Both the position numbers and the translations under genes were made by a program. Below are positions 57,307-64,000 of a stretch of 64,000 bases of DNA, in pieces. Position 1 is the first letter of the stretch. Every line of letters begins with the position of its first letter. Origin of the DNA: an uncultured Candidatus Saccharibacteria bacterium (GTDB lineage Bacteria > Patescibacteriota > Minisyncoccia > Phycocordibacterales > UBA2100); contig CAYSUJ010000004.1 in the NCBI GenBank assembly GCA_964434285.1, forward strand, positions 18,732 through 82,731, read 5' to 3'. The notes below the pieces were generated by a model that did no database searches, had not been told where the DNA came from, and worked only from the letters and a program-made list of their open reading frames with translations.

Positions 57307-58155
57307 TCAGATCCCCGCTGCATCAAGACGTGCTTTCAATTTCTCGATTTGGTCCTGCTGGTCCCTCACAACACCCAAAAGGGGCACGACTAATTTTGCG
57401 TAATCAACAGACCTGTATCCATTTGCTCCAATCGACACTAATTCAGGAAATAACTTCTCTACTTCTTGCGCGAGGACACCAATGTCAGATGCACCGCTAT
57501 CGTTCCATACGAACTGTCTCGGCTCAATCTCCATCACCCCACGCCACGCGTCAAGCGGTCGAATATCTCGCTTCAAACGCTCATCCGATGAGTATAGAAA
57601 TGAAGTAGCCTGAACAGCCCCGTTGACGTGTAGTTTTTGAGACGGCGAGGTCGTTCCGATTCCCACATTCGTCCCGTTATCGAAAATTTGTGAATTTCCC
57701 ACTGTACGCGCAGCGGTGAGCTTTGGGAGATAGTTGGTGGTGCCACTGCCCGAGAGAATGCCGAGCCATGCGCCGCCATTGCTCTTCACCTCCATCACGC
57801 CCGCATTGTCGCGAATACCGTAGCCAGTTGTACCAGAGAGGGTGCCGAAGTTGAGATAGCGGGAAGTGCCGGAAAGAAGACTGTTTCCAAAAACCGCAAG
57901 CCCGTTCACTGAAAGACTCGCATTTTTTACCTGATTTGTTGTACCGACGTTCACGGGTGCACTCACGTTGCCGTTTGGTGGCGCTTGCGTGGGGCCGGTC
58001 CAGGCGTGCGCGAAGAGCGTGCTTACGCTGAAAAGAAGTACGGCAAAGAGAATGATAAACCGTCTCCCAGAGATATGTGACATAATTCTCCGCTTCAGTA
58101 TACCTCCCCCGCGCAACGCCCGCAGTGGCGCGACCTTACAACTGTGGAAAGTCAT
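57307..58155 (-). CDS. secreted tail-fibre-like protein with a C-terminal intramolecular-chaperone (Peptidase_S74-like) domain
   Basis: Signal peptide, then a conserved N-terminal module (AWTGPTQAPPNGNVSAPVNVGTTNQ...), then YSSDERLKRDIRPLD...IEKLKARLD. Confidence 0.6.
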   Translation of the reverse strand: MTFHSCKVAPLRALRGGGILKRRIMSHISGRRFIILFAVLLFSVSTLFAHAWTGPTQAPPNGNVSAPVNVGTTNQVKNASLSVNGLAVFGNSLLSGTSRYLNFGTLSGTTGYGIRDNAGVMEVKSNGGAWLGILSGSGTTNYLPKLTAARTVGNSQIFDNGTNVGIGTTSPSQKLHVNGAVQATSFLYSSDERLKRDIRPLDAWRGVMEIEPRQFVWNDSGASDIGVLAQEVEKLFPELVSIGANGYRSVDYAKLVVPLLGVVRDQQDQIEKLKARLDAAGI

Positions 58156-58349
58156 TCTTCATCTTCCGATGGCATGAGATATCCCTGGATCACACACATG
58201 ACCGAATGACGTTCTTCCCCACAAACTAATTTCTGCCGAGTCGAGTTGTCACTGTTTTCAGGCGCATAGACGAGAACAGCCACCCCGCCGAGTAGCATGG
58301 CCGCGACGGCGAGCATGGTCGCGAGCACAATGCCGATTGTCCGCCACAT
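58152..58349 (-). CDS. small membrane protein
   Basis: 65 aa with one transmembrane helix. Confidence 0.3.
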   Translation of the reverse strand: MWRTIGIVLATMLAVAAMLLGGVAVLVYAPENSDNSTRQKLVCGEERHSVMCVIQGYLMPSEDEE

Positions 58350-58351
58350 AC

Positions 58352-59362
58352 CTACGCGAGCGAACGCCCCACCGCCTCGACATGCCGCACAAGCGTGTGC
58401 GCATACCCCATTTCATTGTCGTACCATGCCAGTACTTTCACTAAAGTACCGTCTACCACTCGGGTCATATCAAGCTGCGCAATGGATCCATATGGCGCAC
58501 CGACGATGTCTGAGGAAACAAGCGGCTCCTCGGCAACGGCAAATACCGGACTCCATCGCGCTGCGCCAGCCGCGACCTTGAGCGCTGCATTTACTTCTTC
58601 AACTGTCGTTGGCCGCTTTGTAACAAAGGTGACGTCCACCATGGAACCAGCGGGTACGGGCACGCGCAAGGAAATTCCGTCAAATTTGCCGGCGAGCTGC
58701 GGATAGGCGAGCGCCGTTGCCTTCGCCGCACCTGTTGAGGTGGGTACGATATTCTGCGCAGCAGCGCGCCCCTCACGCCAGTCCTTGTCTTTGGGACCGT
58801 CGACAAGCGACTGCGATGCGGTGTACCCGTGCGTTGTTGAGAGAATAGCACGCTCGATACCGACTGCCTCATCAAGAATCCCAATCAGCGGCGAAGCCGC
58901 GTTTGTCGTACATGATGCATTCGAACTAATCTCACATTGTGAAAACTTTGCCTCGTTGGCGCCGATCAAAATGGTTTCTGCCCCCTCGCCCTTTGCTGGA
59001 GCAGAAATGACCACGCGCCGGGCACCCGCCTCAATGTGCCCATGCGCTTTTGCCGGGTCGGTAAACACACCCGTTGATTCAACGACAATATCCACATCAA
59101 GGGATTTCCAGGGTAACTGAGAAAGCTCTTTTTCTTGAGAAAAAACAATCCGCTTCCCATCCACAACAATCGCACCACTCTCAACCGAAACGGTAAACGG
59201 TGCTGTGCGATACACTGTGTCGTGTGACAACAAGTACCCGAGGTTCTCCAAAGAGCCCAAATCATTGATTCCCACAATCTCAAACTGTGCCCCCGCGGCA
59301 TACGCTGCCCGAAAAAAACACCTCCCGATTCTTCCGAAACCGTTAATCGCTACTTTAGTCAT
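58352..59362 (-). CDS. gap: glyceraldehyde-3-phosphate dehydrogenase
   Basis: INGFGRIGR...SNASCTTN. Confidence 0.9.
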   Translation of the reverse strand: MTKVAINGFGRIGRCFFRAAYAAGAQFEIVGINDLGSLENLGYLLSHDTVYRTAPFTVSVESGAIVVDGKRIVFSQEKELSQLPWKSLDVDIVVESTGVFTDPAKAHGHIEAGARRVVISAPAKGEGAETILIGANEAKFSQCEISSNASCTTNAASPLIGILDEAVGIERAILSTTHGYTASQSLVDGPKDKDWREGRAAAQNIVPTSTGAAKATALAYPQLAGKFDGISLRVPVPAGSMVDVTFVTKRPTTVEEVNAALKVAAGAARWSPVFAVAEEPLVSSDIVGAPYGSIAQLDMTRVVDGTLVKVLAWYDNEMGYAHTLVRHVEAVGRSLA

Positions 59363-59390
59363 TGCTGCAGTGTAGCACAGGGAGCACTGA

Positions 59391-60335
59391 TCAAATCTCC
59401 CGCCATTCTGGTGCGAGCGTTGCCGTTGCCGTTTGTGTAAGATCGCCGCCAGGACCAGTACATTGCAGCGTATACGTCGTCGAACGAGTCAAAGGAGACG
59501 ATGTAGTGCTCATGGCAATGCCATTCCACGCATCGGTGATACTTGGATTGTTTTCGGTTACCGTACAATTATCGGCATTCTGTACATTCCACGATACAGT
59601 CACCGTATCACCGGAAGCGATGAGCGTTGGGGAGACGGCCAGCTCGTCGCCAGGAGAGGCGAAGGGCGCAGGCGGAACGACGCAGGCGCCTGCCGAACAA
59701 ATGAACCCGGTCGCACATTGTTCAATCGGGGCGTTTGTACATGAACTTTGGTAGTGCGTGTCATCCGTACACACGAAGGTAGTGGCACACACGGGGAGCC
59801 ACGTCGTCTCCGCAGGAGTATAGCTTGTACCGGCATTAAAGCTGATCCACCCCACCGTCATGTCTCCCCATGCGTACCCCGAGAACGTGCCGCCGGCAAG
59901 TGTCGGACCATAAGTAGGTGAAGTCCCACTTAAACTAATGAAGCCGTCCCACCCACCACTCTGAGCATCGCTCGCATTCACAACTTTCATCCAACCCTTG
60001 AGTGCAAGCTCATCCATACGTGCATTGCACGTCCCCGAGGGACAACCGGTGAGATTCGCCGCATTCGCACTTATCCAACCCACATGCTCACTCCATGCAT
60101 AGCCCGAAAGCACTCCACTCGCATCGATTGCAAGGCCATAGTTACTCGTCGCGCAGGTTGCTGTATTGGAGCAGTTGAGGCTAATCCACCCAATTGTTTC
60201 ACTCCAAAGATAGCCCGTGATGGGGGTGCCACTTCCCTGTGATTGAGACTCCTGAGGCAATAAGAGAAAGGATGCAAAAAGGCAGACGGCACCCAACGCA
60301 CCCAAAGTAACACTTCTCGAGGAATACATACTCAT
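59391..60335 (-). CDS. secreted repeat protein (three GY[LA]WSExxGWISxN repeats, Cys-rich)
   Basis: Signal peptide followed by internal repeats. Confidence 0.45.
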   Translation of the reverse strand: MSMYSSRSVTLGALGAVCLFASFLLLPQESQSQGSGTPITGYLWSETIGWISLNCSNTATCATSNYGLAIDASGVLSGYAWSEHVGWISANAANLTGCPSGTCNARMDELALKGWMKVVNASDAQSGGWDGFISLSGTSPTYGPTLAGGTFSGYAWGDMTVGWISFNAGTSYTPAETTWLPVCATTFVCTDDTHYQSSCTNAPIEQCATGFICSAGACVVPPAPFASPGDELAVSPTLIASGDTVTVSWNVQNADNCTVTENNPSITDAWNGIAMSTTSSPLTRSTTYTLQCTGPGGDLTQTATATLAPEWREI

Positions 60336-60601
60336 TCGATTCCGTTTAAGGAATCAAGAATACGCAACTTCTCCTCTTCCGGAACATCGACTCCTGTCGA
60401 GGATGCGTTCAACGTCGCAAGAATCTCTGCTTTTTGTTCCACCGTATACTCGGGGTCAAAAATATCTTCGGCACTTTGCTCGCGCACGTCTTTCATCGAT
60501 GGTTGCATGAGCGCCACGAGGAGGGCCACGATACCCACTGCCGCAAAAAGGATGCCAACGGCAAGCACGCGCTTCGAATTCTTCTCATCATTTACTTCCA
60601 T
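60332..60601 (-). CDS. small membrane-anchored protein
   Basis: 89 aa with an N-terminal transmembrane helix. Confidence 0.3.
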   Translation of the reverse strand: MEVNDEKNSKRVLAVGILFAAVGIVALLVALMQPSMKDVREQSAEDIFDPEYTVEQKAEILATLNASSTGVDVPEEEKLRILDSLNGIE

Positions 60602-60684
60602 GCCTCAATAGTAACCCTGTTCTTGAATCGGAGCATGCAAGGGTGTGTATTACCTTAGTAAACTATTGCTATACTTCTCTCGTC

Positions 60685-62022
60685 ATGCGCGACACTCGTT
60701 CTTCGTATTCGCTGGATGTTCGTGGGCTTCGCTTTGCATCCAAGCTCTCCCTTGTCCTCGCGCTCGTATTCAGCGCGGTGCACTACGGCACTACGTGGGC
60801 GTCGGAGCGCTTATTACTTACCCGTGCGTCAGCGCCTACACAGACGGCAGCCCTCCCCTTCGCCGTCGAGCCCTTAACCAACCCAGTAGTAGACCCACTC
60901 AAAAGCTACGAGCAGACGCTTTCCACGAAAAGCACAGGTGTTGCGGCATCCGACTCGCTTGTGCGCGCCCGTGTACGAATGCTCCATATTAGCGGCGAGA
61001 CGCTTTCGCTCATGGAATATGGCACTAGTGTTATGGAAATTCCCTTCACAAAACAAGGCCGTATTCCCACAGGTCTTGCCATGGCACACGTCATCTCAAC
61101 TGAGGGCGACATCTTCTCACAAGTGTATTTCCCGGGGTGCTCAGTAAGTGCGCCGCTCCCCTCGAATACGCAAACCCCCTGTATCACGGTCTCCCCCGAA
61201 GCAATCGAGCATATCGTAGGCTTCGTGGGCGACGGAACCCCCGTGTTTGTGATCGCAGAAAAGGGTGTTGCGGGGACAACTCCAAACACACCACTTCCTC
61301 GCGTCTCAGCAAGGGCATTCATCGTGGCCGATGTAGAAACCGGCGATGTCTATGCAGAAAAAGACGCCGCAACGCCGCGACCAATTGCATCCATCTCGAA
61401 GCTCTTCACTGCGCTCGTTGCGCGCGAAACGATTCGCGACGACCGCACCATGACGGTCACCCGTGACGACCAATCCCAAACAGAAGGCGTACCCGGCTCG
61501 ATACGCGCCGGTGAGAGCTTTACAGTAGATGAACTCCTCTATCCACTCCTCATGGAGAGCAATAATTCAGCAGCCTACACACTCGCACGCTACGAAGATG
61601 CCGCACAATTTATCAAGCGCATTAATCAGAAGGTGGCAGCGCTCGGCATGAATGCAACCACGCTCGACGATCCCTCTGGACTGTCCGCAAACAACGTATC
61701 AAACCCCACAGATCTCGTAACATTGCTTCGTCACATTCGTGATTATCACTCTCTCCTCTTCGACATTACGGGTGCGCGAACAAAAACGCTGCAAGCGGAA
61801 AACGGCCGCACGTACAGTTTCACCAATTTCAATCACTTCGCCGGAGACGACGGCTTCGTCGGTGGCAAAACCGGCTTCATTGCCGAAGCGGGGCAAACCT
61901 ATGCGGGCGTTTTTGAGGTCCCGACTGAAGCGGGAACTTCAACGATCGCGATCGTCGTCTTGGGTTCTGAGGATCGTAAAAAAGACACCGCGGCACTCCT
62001 CTCCTGGTTTAGAGATCGCTAA
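60685..62022 (+). CDS. serine-type D-Ala-D-Ala carboxypeptidase (peptidase S11, PBP5-like); the listed ORF starts at 60643
   Basis: SxxK (ASISKLF), SxN (ESNNSAAY) and KTG (GGKTGF) motifs. Confidence 0.7.
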   Translation: MRDTRSSYSLDVRGLRFASKLSLVLALVFSAVHYGTTWASERLLLTRASAPTQTAALPFAVEPLTNPVVDPLKSYEQTLSTKSTGVAASDSLVRARVRMLHISGETLSLMEYGTSVMEIPFTKQGRIPTGLAMAHVISTEGDIFSQVYFPGCSVSAPLPSNTQTPCITVSPEAIEHIVGFVGDGTPVFVIAEKGVAGTTPNTPLPRVSARAFIVADVETGDVYAEKDAATPRPIASISKLFTALVARETIRDDRTMTVTRDDQSQTEGVPGSIRAGESFTVDELLYPLLMESNNSAAYTLARYEDAAQFIKRINQKVAALGMNATTLDDPSGLSANNVSNPTDLVTLLRHIRDYHSLLFDITGARTKTLQAENGRTYSFTNFNHFAGDDGFVGGKTGFIAEAGQTYAGVFEVPTEAGTSTIAIVVLGSEDRKKDTAALLSWFRDR

Positions 62023-62081
62023 AACTAGCGCCCCCCCCCCGAATTAACCCGAGAACGGCCTCTTGTGTTTTGCGTTTAGAT

Positions 62082-64000
62082 CTATTTACGCGATGCAATC
62101 ACCTCGTCCGCCACATTGCGCGGCACAACAGCGTAGTGCGAGAACTCGAGATTTGGAACTGCACGGCCTTCCGTCAGAGAGCGCAGCTGTGTCGTATAGC
62201 CGAAAAGCTCCGAAAGTGGCACCTTGGCAACGACAACCTTCGCCTGACCGCGATCACCCATACTCTCGATGAGGCCACGCTTCGCGTTGATGGAACCCGT
62301 GACGTCACCCAGGAATTTCTCTGGGGTCACCACTTCGAGCTTCATGACCGGCTCGAGAAGCGCTGGCTTTGCCTGCTTCACTGCCTCTTGGAATGCGTTG
62401 ATAGCAGCAAGCTTGAAGGCGATTTCCGAGGAGTCCACATCGTGTGCGGAACCATCGTAGAGATCGACAGAAACATCCACGACGGGGAATCCAGCAAGCA
62501 CACCACGATCCATTGCCTCCTTGAGGCCTTTCTTGATGGGCGAGATGAATTCCGCTGGAATGACACCGCCCTTGATGTTGTTGATGAATTCAAAGTGATC
62601 TTCGCGATCCACGTTGTTCTTCACCTTCTCACCCTCAACGACCGGCTCGAGTGGCTTCATGCGGATCTTCACGTGACCATACTGACCTCTGCCCCCCGTC
62701 TGCTTGATGTGCTTGTATTCGACATCCGCAGTGCCCTGGATCGTCTCACGGAACGCAACCTGCGGCTTGCCCGTCGTCGCTTCCACGCCAAACTCGCGCT
62801 TCATACGATCGACAAGAATCTCGAGGTGCAACTCACCCATACCGGAAATGATGGTCTCCCCTGTTTCTTCGTCAGAATTAACACGGAATGTTGGATCCTC
62901 GTCTGAGAGGCGCGAGAGCGCGATACCAAGTTTCTCCTGGTCGGCCTTCGTCTTCGGCTCGATGCGCATGGAAATCACCGGTGTTGGGAAGACGATGGAT
63001 TCAAGCGCGATTGCATGGTCAGGATCGCAGACAGTGTTACCAATCTTCACCTCCTTCATACCGACAAACGCCGCGATTTCTCCTGCGTAGACGACGTCCA
63101 CTTCTTCACGCTTGTCTGCCTGTAGGCGCACAATACGGCCCACACGCTCTTTCTTGTTGTTTGCGGAGTTATAGACAGTATCTCCCGCCTTTACCATACC
63201 GGAATACACGCGGAAGAACGTGAGCGCACCCACGAATGGATCCACCTGGAGCTTGAATACAAGTGCCGCCAAGGGACCATCATCCTTTGCGGGGCGCTCC
63301 TCTTCTGCGCCAGTATCAGTGTTGATGCCCTTTGCCGCAGGAAGATCGAGTGGTGAGGGGAGGTAATCGACGACCGCGTCAAGGACGAGCTGCACGCCCT
63401 TATTCTTGAGGGATGAGCCAGTAAGAACGGGGAAGATTTCGTTCGCGATAACTGCCTTGCGAAGATTTGCCTTCAAGACATCGAGTGGGATTTCCTTCCC
63501 TTCAAGGTAGTCGTTCATGAGCTTCTCATCGTTCTCAACAATGCGCTCGACAAGCTCGCCGTGGAACTTCTTCGCTTCGTCCATGAGTTCTGCCGGAATG
63601 TCGTAGGCAATCACTTCCTTACCCATCTCTCCTTCAAACTTGTAGGCCTTCATGGAGAGAAGATCGACGACACCATTGAAATCACCCTCTGCACCAATCG
63701 GAATCTGGAGGCGAACTGCCTTCTTTGAAAGACGATCGAGGATAGATGCATATGACTTTTCAAACGACGCCCCGGTACGGTCGAGCTTGTTGATGTAGCA
63801 GATGCGCGGCACTTCGGCCTCCTCAGCATAGCGCCAGTTGGTCTCCGACTGCGGCTCGACGCCGGCAACACCGTCGAAAACGACGACTGCGCCGTCGAGA
63901 ACGCGCATCGAGCGCTTCACCTCTGAGGTGAAGTCAATGTGACCCGGGGTGTCGATGACGTTGAAGCGGTGCTTGTAGGAGGTGTCGGTCCCCATGTAGG
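62082..64000 (-). CDS. fusA: elongation factor G, 5'-partial (continues beyond the window)
   Basis: ...NVIDTPGHIDFTSEV... through ...EVIASRK* at the C-terminus. Confidence 0.95.
   Translation of the reverse strand, partial: YMGTDTSYKHRFNVIDTPGHIDFTSEVKRSMRVLDGAVVVFDGVAGVEPQSETNWRYAEEAEVPRICYINKLDRTGASFEKSYASILDRLSKKAVRLQIPIGAEGDFNGVVDLLSMKAYKFEGEMGKEVIAYDIPAELMDEAKKFHGELVERIVENDEKLMNDYLEGKEIPLDVLKANLRKAVIANEIFPVLTGSSLKNKGVQLVLDAVVDYLPSPLDLPAAKGINTDTGAEEERPAKDDGPLAALVFKLQVDPFVGALTFFRVYSGMVKAGDTVYNSANNKKERVGRIVRLQADKREEVDVVYAGEIAAFVGMKEVKIGNTVCDPDHAIALESIVFPTPVISMRIEPKTKADQEKLGIALSRLSDEDPTFRVNSDEETGETIISGMGELHLEILVDRMKREFGVEATTGKPQVAFRETIQGTADVEYKHIKQTGGRGQYGHVKIRMKPLEPVVEGEKVKNNVDREDHFEFINNIKGGVIPAEFISPIKKGLKEAMDRGVLAGFPVVDVSVDLYDGSAHDVDSSEIAFKLAAINAFQEAVKQAKPALLEPVMKLEVVTPEKFLGDVTGSINAKRGLIESMGDRGQAKVVVAKVPLSELFGYTTQLRSLTEGRAVPNLEFSHYAVVPRNVADEVIASRK

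Noticed and set aside
62070-62906. 278-aa plus-strand ORF
   Set aside because: Antisense of fusA.

Overview
Most of this 64-kb window is core genome on the minus strand, consistent with a small, streamlined bacterial chromosome. Ribosomal protein L30 is missing between rpsE and rplO, as reported for Candidate Phyla Radiation (CPR)/Patescibacteria genomes. Minus-strand gene order from high to low coordinates: fusA (partial), gap, tuf, the S10 and spc ribosomal operons (rpsJ to rplO), secY, adk, map, a HerA-like ATPase, ndk, a type IV pilus cluster (pilT, pilC, two pilA, pilD, four pseudopilins), ligA, and gatCA (gatA partial). infC-rpmI-rplT lie on the plus strand. Accessory content is scattered between these genes.

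Main accessory features:
- A complete diversity-generating retroelement (DGR) at 1411-3876, sitting between ligA and gatC. It has a reverse transcriptase with YADD and LGNLASQ motifs, a 113-bp template repeat (TR, 2817-2929) and variable repeat (VR, 3180-3292) that differ at 19 positions, 18 of them TR adenines, an Avd-like four-helix ORF on the opposite strand, and a target gene that looks frame-disrupted.
- Three separate insertions inside the ribosomal protein operons: a DinJ-YafQ toxin-antitoxin module plus a secreted protein between rplE and rpsZ; a 285-aa unknown gene with a consensus sigma70 promoter between rplN and rplX; and a small secreted/membrane ORF plus an intrinsic terminator between rpsJ and rplC.
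- A RelE/RHH toxin-antitoxin islet flanked by an ~80-bp direct duplication of the 3' end of map.
- A phosphoribosyltransferase (PRTase)-like ORF joined to a NADAR domain ORF by an apparent frameshift, next to a LOG/TIGR00725-like gene.
- A tandem array of NYN-domain genes and a HAD hydrolase that share a repeated leader element.
- Tail-fibre-like secreted paralogs sharing a ~250-bp repeat, one of them frameshifted.

The supplied ORF track shows non-ATG starts (TTG, GTG, ATT and others) as M, so several true start sites are probably internal to the listed ORFs. I found no rRNA or tRNA genes and no CRISPR array.
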